Below are positions 20,343-29,517 of a DNA stretch of 64,000 nt, in pieces. Both the position numbers and the translations under genes were made by a program. The stretch is from an uncultured virus (IMG/VR IMGVR_UViG_3300025848_000036) (taxonomy: Duplodnaviria; Heunggongvirae; Uroviricota; Caudoviricetes). The notes under the pieces were generated by a model, which was not told where the DNA came from, did not search any database, and saw only the letters and a program-made list of their open reading frames with translations. The stretch's first letter is position 1, and each line of letters begins with the position of its first letter. The stretch lies in IMG/VR virus record IMGVR_UViG_3300025848_000036; one strand, given 5' to 3'.

Positions 20343-21437
20343 ATGAATTCATTTAAGAAAATCGCCCTAGCCGTGGTTGCAGCCATGACTACCGCAACAA
20401 TCGTGGCAACGCCTGCAAGTGCTGCCGTAATGACAGTCGCTGTATCACTTGACGGAACTGCTAATACAACAGCATCCGCACTTGCTACGCCTGCATCATT
20501 GCCAGTCCCAGCAGATAACACAGTTGATGCTGCTGATGCACTAAAGTTTGTTGCAACAGTTGATACAGGAACAAACGTTTCTGTTGTAGCAACAAATGCA
20601 ACAATCGTATCAGCACTACACACATCTGCTGCACCAGTATCTGCATCTTCAGGATCATCATCTTTGACGATTGCAACTGGAACAGGAACAACCGCAACAT
20701 TTTATGTCTATACAAAGACAACAGCAATTGGTACAGTTGCTATCACAAATGGCGGAACAACACTAACATATTATGTACAGGGAACTGCTGGTAAGATTAA
20801 TACCATTGCACTTTCATCTGCTGATGCTGGAACAACCTCAAGCGTTGTAACTGCAACAGTAACCGCAACAGACGTATTTGGTAACAAGGTATCAGGTAAG
20901 GGTCTAACAGCACTTGTTGTTGGTGGAACTCTTGATACAACAACCGCTACAACTGGCGCAACTTTGTCTAACTTTGGTCAGGCAGAATTTAAGGTAACAC
21001 TTCCAGCAACTGGTTCTTCAACCATTGTTGTTTCTGTTACAAATTCATCTGATGTTGCAACTGCAGTAGCAGGATTCAACACAGTTACTTCAAGCGTAGT
21101 TAAGACAATCACAGTTCGTGATCTTTTGTCTGAACTTGCAGCACAAAAGGCTATCGCAGATGCAGCAGTTGCTGCTAAGGCTGTAGCAGATGCTGCTCTT
21201 GCAAATGAAGTTGCTGCACATGCTGCAACAAAGGCTTCATCTACAAAGGCACTTGCAGATGCAAAGGCTGCTTCAGATTCAGCAACAGCAGTTGCAATTG
21301 CTGCTAAGGATGCTGAAATTGCAAAATTGAAGGCAGACAATGCTGCTGCTCTTGCTGCAATTAAGAAGGCATTCAACGATCTTGCTAAGAAGTGGAATGC
21401 AAAGAATCCAAAGGCAAAGGTTACACTAGTTAAGTAA
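20343..21437 (+). CDS. Secreted Ala/Thr-rich Ig-like surface protein
   Basis: Signal peptide ending ASA; ATDVFGN Big-like motif; Ala-rich coiled-coil tail; promoter TTGACA-18-TACAAT at 20220-20249 inside terL. Confidence 0.7.
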   Translation: MNSFKKIALAVVAAMTTATIVATPASAAVMTVAVSLDGTANTTASALATPASLPVPADNTVDAADALKFVATVDTGTNVSVVATNATIVSALHTSAAPVSASSGSSSLTIATGTGTTATFYVYTKTTAIGTVAITNGGTTLTYYVQGTAGKINTIALSSADAGTTSSVVTATVTATDVFGNKVSGKGLTALVVGGTLDTTTATTGATLSNFGQAEFKVTLPATGSSTIVVSVTNSSDVATAVAGFNTVTSSVVKTITVRDLLSELAAQKAIADAAVAAKAVADAALANEVAAHAATKASSTKALADAKAASDSATAVAIAAKDAEIAKLKADNAAALAAIKKAFNDLAKKWNAKNPKAKVTLVK

Positions 21438-21451
21438 TTAACTTATAAATT

Positions 21452-21484
21452 AGAGGGTCAGTTATATACTGGCCCTCTTTTTTT
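21452..21484 (+). terminator. Rho-independent terminator
   Basis: AGAGGGTCAGT/ACTGGCCCTCT stem followed by a T run. Confidence 0.85.
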
Positions 21485-21539
21485 GCAATAAAATGGTATA
21501 ATCATCCTATCAGACATTCGTCTGCAAGGGGGAAGGCAA

Positions 21540-23573
21540 ATAAAACGATTAATACGCATAGCAACAGCCACCATATTAGCCTTTGGATGGCTTTTAATAG
21601 CCCCTACAGACGCTAATTCAGACGACCCTATATCAGTTGCTGCACAAGAAATAACAAAACTTAATAACAGCGTTGATGACTTAAACTATCAGACTGATTT
21701 TGTAAACCTAATAGATATAGCAGAAAATAAATATGATGCTGCCGTATCAGCACGAGACTCAAGAGATGCAGCAAACCAAGCCTATGAAGATGCAGTAAAT
21801 GCTCAAGCGGTTGCACTTGAAGAAAAGACTTTGGCACAATCTGCAGTTGATGGTCAAACTTCAACGGTAGCAACAGCACTATCTGCAAAGAATGCTGCTC
21901 AAGATACCCTAGATCTAGCAAACATTAATGTTCAAACAACCCAAGCAAATATGCAATCTGCTAGTGGTCAAGGACTTCAATACACAGTTTATAACCTTGC
22001 TAGGGTTTGGCCAAGCATAGCAGTACCAGATTCTGTTATTTGTTCTGGTACCTGGAATTCAAATTCTATGTACCTGCCAGTCTGTGGTAATAGATATGAA
22101 AATATAGTAGTTAAGTTTACTGGAAAGATTACAGTTCCATCTCATTGGACTTCAACTTATTTTGCAGGGTATACAGACGATGGTTTTAAAATGTATGTCA
22201 ATGGTCAATTAGCAATTGATAACTGGGTAGAACAGGGAGCAAGATGGAGTGCTTATTCACCAGTATATGATGTTAGCCAAAATAAAACATTAGATGTAGA
22301 AATTTGGTGGTATAACGGTGGTGGTCCAGGATCTTATTATCTTGGATGGGCTATTCCTGGAGGATGGACTGGAGCAGGATGTGACTATACTGGTGGTTGG
22401 GGTGTAGGTTTTAGTTGCAATTTAAATACTTTTTCTTCTGGTTCTGGACCAACACAGGCACAGACTAATGCATATAATCAAGCAGTAGAAGATCAAGCAA
22501 CAGCACAAACAAATTATAATAATAAAGTTACTGCATATAATAGTGCCAATTCTACACTAACAACATATAATCAAACTTTACAGGAAAAAATAACAGCATA
22601 TAATACTTCTGTTACAAATACAGAAAATGCATTATCTAATAAGAATACTGCTAATGATAATTACAATCAAGCAATAATAGATATGAATAATGCTATAGAA
22701 GATGCATGGGAATATTATAATAAACAAAAAGAAAGAGAAATTCAAATTGCAATTGCACAAGCAGCAGCCAATGCAGCAGCAAATCAGCCTACTCCAGAAC
22801 CAACAATTATCGTAGATCCAACACCTGAACCTACTCCAGAAGTTTCTCCAGAACCTACCCCAGAACCTACACCTGAAGTTACCCCAGATCCAGAACCAAC
22901 AATTGATCCTACCCCAGAGCCAACTCCAGAGCCAACGGTAGAACCTACAACAGAGCCTATAATAGATCCAACTCCAGAGCCTACACCTGGCCCAGAACCA
23001 ACAGTAGAGCCAACTACCGAACCAACCACTAATCCTGAAATAAAAGATGAAGAATTGGCAGCACTTATTCCAGAAAAGGGTACTGGAACAACAGAAGATT
23101 TATCTGGAGTTATTGCAAACCTTACAAGCAAAGATAATAAATTAGTTAAACTTTCTGCCGAACAAATAGCAGCAGTTAGCCAAACACTGCAAACCTTAAC
23201 TCAAGAGGCAAAGGCTGAGGTTGCAAAAGATCTTGGTATTAAAACATCAGAAATTGGACAAATTGCAAATCAAATGAAATCTAATCCAGCACTTGCAGAA
23301 GCATTTGTTGAGTTTTCAGCAAGAGCAAGTGATGCTGGAGATACCCCAATGCCATTTACATTGGCAGACGCTGTTACAGAGGTACAAGCAGAAGCATTTT
23401 TAGAAGATCCACTTGGTGCATTATTTAATGTAGACCCACTAGAACTCCTATCTAATTTCTCTGAGTTAGGTATGGATATGACAGACGATCAGAGAGAAAA
23501 AGCACAAGAGGTAATAATCCCAGTAGTCATTGTATCTCAAATTGCAAGTACGATTATTGGTATGAGGAGGTAA
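21540..23573 (+). CDS. Secreted PA14-domain protein with PTPE repeat linker and C-terminal membrane anchor (probable non-canonical start)
   Basis: The frame is open from 21492 and encodes a signal peptide from ATA21540; PA14 motifs FTGKITVP, TDDGFKMYVNG, YNGGG; C-terminal hydrophobic helix + RR. Confidence 0.75.
   Translation: MKRLIRIATATILAFGWLLIAPTDANSDDPISVAAQEITKLNNSVDDLNYQTDFVNLIDIAENKYDAAVSARDSRDAANQAYEDAVNAQAVALEEKTLAQSAVDGQTSTVATALSAKNAAQDTLDLANINVQTTQANMQSASGQGLQYTVYNLARVWPSIAVPDSVICSGTWNSNSMYLPVCGNRYENIVVKFTGKITVPSHWTSTYFAGYTDDGFKMYVNGQLAIDNWVEQGARWSAYSPVYDVSQNKTLDVEIWWYNGGGPGSYYLGWAIPGGWTGAGCDYTGGWGVGFSCNLNTFSSGSGPTQAQTNAYNQAVEDQATAQTNYNNKVTAYNSANSTLTTYNQTLQEKITAYNTSVTNTENALSNKNTANDNYNQAIIDMNNAIEDAWEYYNKQKEREIQIAIAQAAANAAANQPTPEPTIIVDPTPEPTPEVSPEPTPEPTPEVTPDPEPTIDPTPEPTPEPTVEPTTEPIIDPTPEPTPGPEPTVEPTTEPTTNPEIKDEELAALIPEKGTGTTEDLSGVIANLTSKDNKLVKLSAEQIAAVSQTLQTLTQEAKAEVAKDLGIKTSEIGQIANQMKSNPALAEAFVEFSARASDAGDTPMPFTLADAVTEVQAEAFLEDPLGALFNVDPLELLSNFSELGMDMTDDQREKAQEVIIPVVIVSQIASTIIGMRR
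22787..23036 (+). repeat. Pro/Thr/Glu-rich coding repeat (PTPE/PTVE)
   Basis: Imperfect 12-nt tandem units such as cctactccagaa. Confidence 0.85.
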
Positions 23574-23575
23574 AT

Positions 23576-23782
23576 ATGAAAATGATTAAGAAAGTTATAA
23601 AGGGATTCATGACATGGCTAAAAGATGCAGGTGTAGAAATAATTGCTCAAGCATTTACTCTCCTTGGATTTTTTATTGCTTGGCTAACCCTTACAGGATC
23701 AGCAAGAGATATTGTTGGTATAGCAATTCTTATTACTACAGTGGTTTGGTTAATATCCATTCCATTGAGAAAGGAGGACTAG
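23576..23782 (+). CDS. Small two-TM membrane protein
   Basis: Two hydrophobic helices; SD GAGG. Confidence 0.65.
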   Translation: MKMIKKVIKGFMTWLKDAGVEIIAQAFTLLGFFIAWLTLTGSARDIVGIAILITTVVWLISIPLRKED

Positions 23783-23783
23783 A

Positions 23784-24083
23784 ATGAAAGGTGTAAAAAA
23801 TATTTGGAATATTATTATGCGTATCGTGGCAGTCTTTGCTGCTAATGGCCTTGCAGTCATTGGTGCTGGTGCTATTGCTGGTATCTCTACAATTAAGGCA
23901 GTTACCGTTGCTGGTTTGACAGCAGTTGCAGCAGTAGTTGAAAAGTTGGCTCGTGCATTTATGGACGATGGCAAACTAACTATCGATGAGATTAATTCAG
24001 CATTCTCTACTGTAGACAAAAATGCAATTACCGTAGAAGACATGGTGGTTGAAGAGCGTAGATCACGATCAAAAAAGGGTTAA
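23784..24083 (+). CDS. Membrane protein (holin-like)
   Basis: Two hydrophobic segments and a charged C-terminus. Confidence 0.5.
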   Translation: MKGVKNIWNIIMRIVAVFAANGLAVIGAGAIAGISTIKAVTVAGLTAVAAVVEKLARAFMDDGKLTIDEINSAFSTVDKNAITVEDMVVEERRSRSKKG

Positions 24084-24185
24084 TTAATCATTAATAGTGG
24101 TAATTGACACCCCCCTTAAGGGCTGGTATACTATATGTATGCCCCATCCTTAATGGGGGGTTTACTACTACCTAAAGAGGATAAA

Positions 24186-25832
24186 ATGGCAAGGCATCGA
24201 TCAGAAATTTTTAGGCTGTCTGAAGAATATAGCCTTAAGTCTTTAGAATATGATGCTATCGCTTCAACCTTTGCCAATGATACAGACCAAAATTCAGACT
24301 GGAACGACTATGCCTACCATGAGGTAGACCCATTTTTAAAGATAGCAAAAAAATATTACAAACAAATCAGCGAGGTAGAGCCAATTGATCGCTATGATGA
24401 GATTGCAAAAAAGGTTATCTTGTTTGATATTAATGATTACATAGAAGATGCTGATGACAATTGGAACTATGTAAACTTCGGCTCAGTTTTTTCAGAGCCA
24501 CAATCCATGTTTGAAGTTTTTGAGGTCATGCCTAAAGAAACAAGGAAAGATGTTTTAAATATTATTAAGCGTATGGAAAAAATTCCAACGGCACTTACAC
24601 AATGGGTCTCATCACTGAAAGACGTATCAGCATTGGGTCAGCCTGGAATTAAGTTACGTGTTGAATATTTGATTGATATTTTAAATAATTATGCAGAAGG
24701 TTTGTTTGTTAAAATTGCCAAAGATATTGATGATGCTGACAAAAGACTTTTAAAGGCTGCAAAGGAAGCGCAGATCGCATGTGAGCAAGTCTCTACTTGG
24801 TTAGAACTTAAATACCTTCCTACCTGTTTAGATAAGTTTGCTGTGGGTGAAGAAAGATACATAAAACTAGTAAAGTCTCAAACTGGTTTAATGATTAATC
24901 CTAAAAAGGTATATGCTTCTGGCTTCAAAGATTTAGAAAATATTCATAAGCAGATGTGGGATGTTGCCAAAAAAATTAAACCAGATGCCAAGTCCTTGAC
25001 AGAGGTTGCAAATTTTTTAAATAATAGTCCAGACTACACCATCGAGGGCAAAGATAATTTTAAAAAGTTTTTAGATAAAATAACTAAGCAAGCAATTGCG
25101 GATCTAAGTGGTGAGTATTTTACAATTCCTGCTGTTATTCGTAAATGTGAAGTGATCATGGATGAAGATACTATTGATGAATCTCCATATTACAAAGGAC
25201 CTTCAGATGATTTAGAGAGACCAGGAAGAACATATTATCCAACATTGGGACGTACAAAGTTTACAACATGGGAAAATTATTCGACATGGTTCCATGAGTC
25301 AGTGCCTGGCCATCATATGCAAATTGCAACTGCAACATACAACAAAGAAACACTGACAAGATATCAAAGAGAAGATGCTTGGAATTCTGGGTATGGTGAA
25401 GGATGGGCTTTATATGCAGAAACACTAATGGATGAACTTGGCTATTTTGAAGATCCTGGATATAAAATGGGATACTTACTTTGCCAAGCAATGAGAGCAG
25501 CAAGGTTAGTTGTTGATATTGGGTTGCACTTAGAATATGAAAGTCCATATGGTGAAACATGGACACCAGACTTGGCTGTAAAATTTATGGAAGAGCAAGC
25601 ATTATTAACACATGACTATGCTGTTAATGAAGTTAAAAGATATATTTCTTGGGCAGGACAAGCAATCACCTATAAACTTGGTGAGCGTATTTGGCTCGAA
25701 GCCAGAGAAAAATCAAAAACTAAATTAGGTGACAATTTTAATCTCAAAAAATGGCATATGTACGCATTGAAATTAGGTCCTATGGGGCTAGATATGCTCA
25801 AAAAAGAACTTGACAAGTGGAACGGTAAGTAG
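24186..25832 (+). CDS. DUF885 family protein (putative zinc metallopeptidase)
   Basis: HESVPGHHMQ, EGWALYAE, RAARLVVDIGLH, GQAITYKLG; promoter TTGACA...TATACT upstream; SD GAGG. Confidence 0.85.
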   Translation: MARHRSEIFRLSEEYSLKSLEYDAIASTFANDTDQNSDWNDYAYHEVDPFLKIAKKYYKQISEVEPIDRYDEIAKKVILFDINDYIEDADDNWNYVNFGSVFSEPQSMFEVFEVMPKETRKDVLNIIKRMEKIPTALTQWVSSLKDVSALGQPGIKLRVEYLIDILNNYAEGLFVKIAKDIDDADKRLLKAAKEAQIACEQVSTWLELKYLPTCLDKFAVGEERYIKLVKSQTGLMINPKKVYASGFKDLENIHKQMWDVAKKIKPDAKSLTEVANFLNNSPDYTIEGKDNFKKFLDKITKQAIADLSGEYFTIPAVIRKCEVIMDEDTIDESPYYKGPSDDLERPGRTYYPTLGRTKFTTWENYSTWFHESVPGHHMQIATATYNKETLTRYQREDAWNSGYGEGWALYAETLMDELGYFEDPGYKMGYLLCQAMRAARLVVDIGLHLEYESPYGETWTPDLAVKFMEEQALLTHDYAVNEVKRYISWAGQAITYKLGERIWLEAREKSKTKLGDNFNLKKWHMYALKLGPMGLDMLKKELDKWNGK

Positions 25833-25845
25833 TAGAATTAATAGT

Positions 25846-26052
25846 ATGAATCACACACATGAAGAAGATTTATCTCCAGAGGAAACAGAGTTTGGTATTT
25901 GGCTTTCTAATGGTATTGATCGTGGTTGGGTAACACCCCCATATTGCAATACCCACGATGGCGGATACGAATATATGGGTGAGGAAGAGTTAGAAGAATG
26001 GGAAGCAGGAGGCGACCCATGTTGTCATGTCATCAGATTGATGATATCGTAA
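25846..26052 (+). CDS. Conserved acidic hypothetical protein (leaderless)
   Basis: TTGACA25810-17-TAGAAT, then ATG 7 nt later; CNTHDG...DPC motif. Confidence 0.6.
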   Translation: MNHTHEEDLSPEETEFGIWLSNGIDRGWVTPPYCNTHDGGYEYMGEEELEEWEAGGDPCCHVIRLMIS

Positions 26053-26068
26053 GAGCAAAAGGAATAAA

Positions 26069-26833
26069 ATGAAAAAAATCATAGCACTAGTAGCAATACT
26101 ATTTTCAGTTGTAGTACCAGTTCAAGCACAGGCAGATACTAAGTCTCTTGTCATTATTGATTCTTATTTTCAGTCTAATGTTGCACTGAATCCAATTACA
26201 CCATCTGGAACATCTTGTCCACAAACTGCACCTATTTCTGGTGCGTTGGCATCAAGCCCATACAATCATGGTACAGCAATGTACGCTGTTGCAAAATTGC
26301 AAAATCCAGCATTAAATATTATTGCAATTTGTGGAGCAAATGCAAAAACAGAAATGACTCCAGCACAATTTATCTCGTCTTTGCAGTGGGTTGAAAAGAA
26401 TGCATCTATGGTAAAGGCTGTCTCATTTTCAAGATATTTTAATCATGCAACTAAACCATGTATGCCAATTGCATCTGCACCATGGACACCAGATACAGCA
26501 GATAAAGAAATTAAGAGAATTATTACAGTGTTAAAGCAAAAAGGTATTTTGGTTTTTGCATCTACTGGCAATGACAAGGCTAAGCCAGTAAACTATCCAG
26601 CATGCATTGTAGATACTGCTTCAGTAGTACATGCCAATGAAGTTGGAAGTGCACTTGGACAGTTTAATGCTGATACAGATTACTTTGTAAAAATCTCTGA
26701 TGATGGATCTAAGTTTAGTTATTCAACTACTATTGGCTTAGTAGCACATACATCTTCATCTGCCACTGCAGCACTTGCAGCAATGTGGTCATCTGATGCA
26801 GTTACATCTAAAATTGTAAAAGCAGCAGCATAA
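26069..26833 (+). CDS. Secreted subtilisin-like (S8) serine protease
   Basis: Signal peptide; IIDS, NHGTAM, STGND, YPAC, TSSSATA. Confidence 0.7.
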   Translation: MKKIIALVAILFSVVVPVQAQADTKSLVIIDSYFQSNVALNPITPSGTSCPQTAPISGALASSPYNHGTAMYAVAKLQNPALNIIAICGANAKTEMTPAQFISSLQWVEKNASMVKAVSFSRYFNHATKPCMPIASAPWTPDTADKEIKRIITVLKQKGILVFASTGNDKAKPVNYPACIVDTASVVHANEVGSALGQFNADTDYFVKISDDGSKFSYSTTIGLVAHTSSSATAALAAMWSSDAVTSKIVKAAA

Positions 26834-26840
26834 AAGGTTT

Positions 26841-26913
26841 TGGTCTGTAGTTCAGTTGGTAGAACACTCGACTGTTAATCGAGATGTCGCAGGATCGAGA
26901 CCTGCCAGACCAG
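26841..26913 (+). tRNA. tRNA-Asn(GTT)
   Basis: Cloverleaf with TGGTCTG/CAGACCA acceptor stem; atypical T-loop ATCGAGA; no encoded CCA. Confidence 0.9.
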
Positions 26914-27025
26914 CATAGCGTATGTTTGTCCCTGTAACACGAAAGTGTCGGTCACACATCATCACATGCAGTGCACTGCCTCTGTGCCTAAGTCTAACTA
27001 GGACGCAACAACAAAGTTAGACACT

Positions 27026-27096
27026 GCGAATGTTGCATAATGGTAGTGCCTCTGCCTTCCAAGCAGAAGGTGGGAGTTCGATTCTCCCTATTCGCT
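27026..27096 (+). tRNA. tRNA-Gly(TCC)
   Basis: Cloverleaf; anticodon loop CTTCCAA. Confidence 0.93.
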
Positions 27097-27100
27097 CTGA

Positions 27101-27174
27101 GGTCCCGTAGTTCAGTTGGTTAGAACGCTTCCCTGTCACGGAAGAGGTCGACGGTTCAAGTCCGTTCGGGATCG
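27101..27174 (+). tRNA. tRNA-Asp(GTC)
   Basis: Cloverleaf; anticodon loop CTGTCAC. Confidence 0.93.
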
Positions 27175-27178
27175 CTTA

Positions 27179-27250
27179 GGCCCTATCGTCTAGTGGTTAG
27201 GACATCAGATTTTCAATCTGGAAACGAGAGTTCAATTCTCTCTAGGGCTA
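27179..27250 (+). tRNA. tRNA-Glu(TTC)
   Basis: Cloverleaf; anticodon loop TTTTCAA. Confidence 0.92.
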
Positions 27251-27251
27251 C

Positions 27252-27323
27252 GCCTCCTTAACTCAGGGGTAGAGTACTCGCCTTGTAAGCGAGTTGTCGT
27301 AGGTTCAAATCCTACAGGAGGCT
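27252..27323 (+). tRNA. tRNA-Thr(TGT)
   Basis: Cloverleaf; anticodon loop CTTGTAA. Confidence 0.93.
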
Positions 27324-27366
27324 CTGATGAATGTGTTGGTATAATGAGTTGTCGAAAGGTTTTGTA

Positions 27367-28056
27367 ATGCAAGGACCAGAAATCCTAACAGATCAAAAAT
27401 ATAATTTTCATATTTGGCAAGAAACATGGGACCCAGTTTTTTCTGATATTAGTGAAAAATCCAGGGTAAATATAAATTGGATTACATATTCTAAAGTCAT
27501 GCAGAGTGAATATAAAGACTCAATAATCAAGCCAATCAACAACTATGTAAGGAATTTATACCCAGCACCAAAACTTGTATCGATTGAAAACAATACAGTT
27601 AGACTTAGGCAGGGAAATCATGCTGAATTCTTTTTGCTAGTAAGACAACACACTAGGGCATTTTTTAATTTAGATCGTCCATGGATAAGGCAATACTATC
27701 AAACCAAAGAAACCTTTGATTTGACAGATGATTGTTTTAATTCTTTTTATAAGTTTTATGTTCCGTGGTTTATAGATGAAAACATCAATGTGAGGTTTGA
27801 AAAACCAGACGCTGCCTCACCATTCTATATTAATCCAACAGAATATAGTTATACAAAAACCACTGGCGATGAAAAATATATTGAGCCAGCATTTGTTACA
27901 TTTGCCTTTAAAAAAGTTGGACCCCATATGATCAATGAGAATTTTGGCAAAATTAAAAGACAACAGCCAATGTTTGATATGGTTTTTGAGGCAGATGATA
28001 TAATTGTTAATAGAGTAAAGGAGTTCTATGAACATCATTCGGTTTTATCCGTTTAG
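27367..28056 (+). CDS. Hypothetical protein, first gene of the modification cluster
   Basis: TGGTATAAT promoter and GAAAGG SD; C-terminal KIKRQQPMFDM weakly echoes the next two genes. Confidence 0.55.
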   Translation: MQGPEILTDQKYNFHIWQETWDPVFSDISEKSRVNINWITYSKVMQSEYKDSIIKPINNYVRNLYPAPKLVSIENNTVRLRQGNHAEFFLLVRQHTRAFFNLDRPWIRQYYQTKETFDLTDDCFNSFYKFYVPWFIDENINVRFEKPDAASPFYINPTEYSYTKTTGDEKYIEPAFVTFAFKKVGPHMINENFGKIKRQQPMFDMVFEADDIIVNRVKEFYEHHSVLSV

Positions 28057-28750
28057 CGAAAGAACAACATTTTTCGCACCAGAACCAACACCAGCAATCA
28101 AAAATACACCAGACTGGTATAAGAGACAGCCAGCATCTGTAAGGGATGACGAGTTCCTTCCAAAGGGAGAATTATCATCAACTATTAAACGTTGTATGCC
28201 AATTTTTGATGCTATGACAGCAGGGTATGTCATTCCGTTTCCATGCGATGTTTATATTGATGCAACAAACCCAGCAAAGATTGAGTTCTCAGTTCCGTTG
28301 ACGATGAAGCAATTTGTTAATGATATGTTTGCTGTACATGCTCCAGAACAATACGATCATTATCCAATCGATACTAATAAGTATCACAAACAATTGTTTA
28401 GAGTTATGCCATTCTGGGCAGTTAAAACACCAGAAGGTTATAGCACACTTTTCATGCATCCCTTGCACAAAGATCACTTACCTTTCTTAGCAATACAGGG
28501 ATTCATTGACACAGATAAGTTTATTACAGATGGTCACCTATCTATTCTTATTGAAAAAGATTTTAAGGGTGTAATTAAACAAGGAACACCTCTTGTTCAA
28601 GTCATCCCATTTAAACGTGAAGATTGGAAGATGGAGTTAGTTCCAACTTCTGAATCATCAGCAGAATTAACAAAACAAAGATTTAAACTTAGAAGTAATT
28701 TTGTTCACTCTTATAAAAATAAATATAGAGCAAAGAAAGAATTTAAGTGA
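28028..28750 (+). CDS. Conserved aquatic-phage protein (DUF6065-like)
   Basis: PDWY, CMPIFDAMTAGY, TPEGYS, GTPLVQVIPFKRE. Confidence 0.6.
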   Translation: MNIIRFYPFSERTTFFAPEPTPAIKNTPDWYKRQPASVRDDEFLPKGELSSTIKRCMPIFDAMTAGYVIPFPCDVYIDATNPAKIEFSVPLTMKQFVNDMFAVHAPEQYDHYPIDTNKYHKQLFRVMPFWAVKTPEGYSTLFMHPLHKDHLPFLAIQGFIDTDKFITDGHLSILIEKDFKGVIKQGTPLVQVIPFKREDWKMELVPTSESSAELTKQRFKLRSNFVHSYKNKYRAKKEFK

Positions 28751-29517
28751 CAGATCCTAACATTATTAAATTTACACCAGCCTTTACTGGTTATGAGCAT
28801 AGACTTACGCCACCAGAGCCAGCGGTAAAGAATGTGCCTGAATGGTACAGAAGTCTTGCAAAGTTTGATAAGTCAAATGATGATATTACTCTTGGTGTAA
28901 AAAATAATATTGGTGCAGACGGAGCAATGGTTGCTACTAAAATGTGTATGCCATTCTTTGATGCCATGACTGGTGGATATCACTATGTCCTAGAAGATGA
29001 TGTTCACGTAGATCAAACCAAGCACGGTAAGCCAATTGTGTCTTGGAATGGTGAAGTAATGATGGTTGATAAAAGACCAACGATTGAATTACCAGTGCCA
29101 GATGGGTGTCATCCAATCCATTACGGATGGAGAATGAACTGGTATTATGAAACACCACCTGGATACTCTGTTCTTATTACCCACCCAATGAATAGACACG
29201 ACCTTCCATTCTATACAATGTCTGGCGTTGTTGAGGCTGATATTTGGGGACTACCAGTATTTACCGCATTCTTTTTAAAGAAAAATTTCATTGGAACAAT
29301 TCCAAAGGGAACACCAATATTTCAAATGATACCATTTAAACGAGAAAACTGGGAAATGGAATTAGCAGAAAAAGATTCAGATTTAGAAAGACATGAGTTT
29401 ATGGCAGAGAATCGAAGATCCAGACTATATGGTTATTATAAAGAAACTGCTTGGAGACGTAAGATTTATGGTATCAAAAATGCATTGATGAAAGAAGTCA
29501 AGCATGACGATGAATAA
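28747..29517 (+). CDS. Paralog of 28028..28750 (DUF6065-like)
   Basis: PEWY, CMPFFDAMTGGY, TPPGYS, GTPIFQMIPFKRE. Confidence 0.6.
   Translation: MTDPNIIKFTPAFTGYEHRLTPPEPAVKNVPEWYRSLAKFDKSNDDITLGVKNNIGADGAMVATKMCMPFFDAMTGGYHYVLEDDVHVDQTKHGKPIVSWNGEVMMVDKRPTIELPVPDGCHPIHYGWRMNWYYETPPGYSVLITHPMNRHDLPFYTMSGVVEADIWGLPVFTAFFLKKNFIGTIPKGTPIFQMIPFKRENWEMELAEKDSDLERHEFMAENRRSRLYGYYKETAWRRKIYGIKNALMKEVKHDDE

Noticed and set aside
22784..23131. Antisense GSGV-repeat ORF and other long shadow ORFs (e.g. 20978-21376, 10098-10430)
   Set aside because: They are by-products of repetitive or biased codons in the real overlapping genes and have no start signals.
26914..27025. Theta/HDV-like ribozyme after tRNA-Asn
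   Set aside because: I could not assign nested P1/P2/P3/P1.1 helices or the catalytic J4/2 motif by eye; reported only as an unknown structured spacer.
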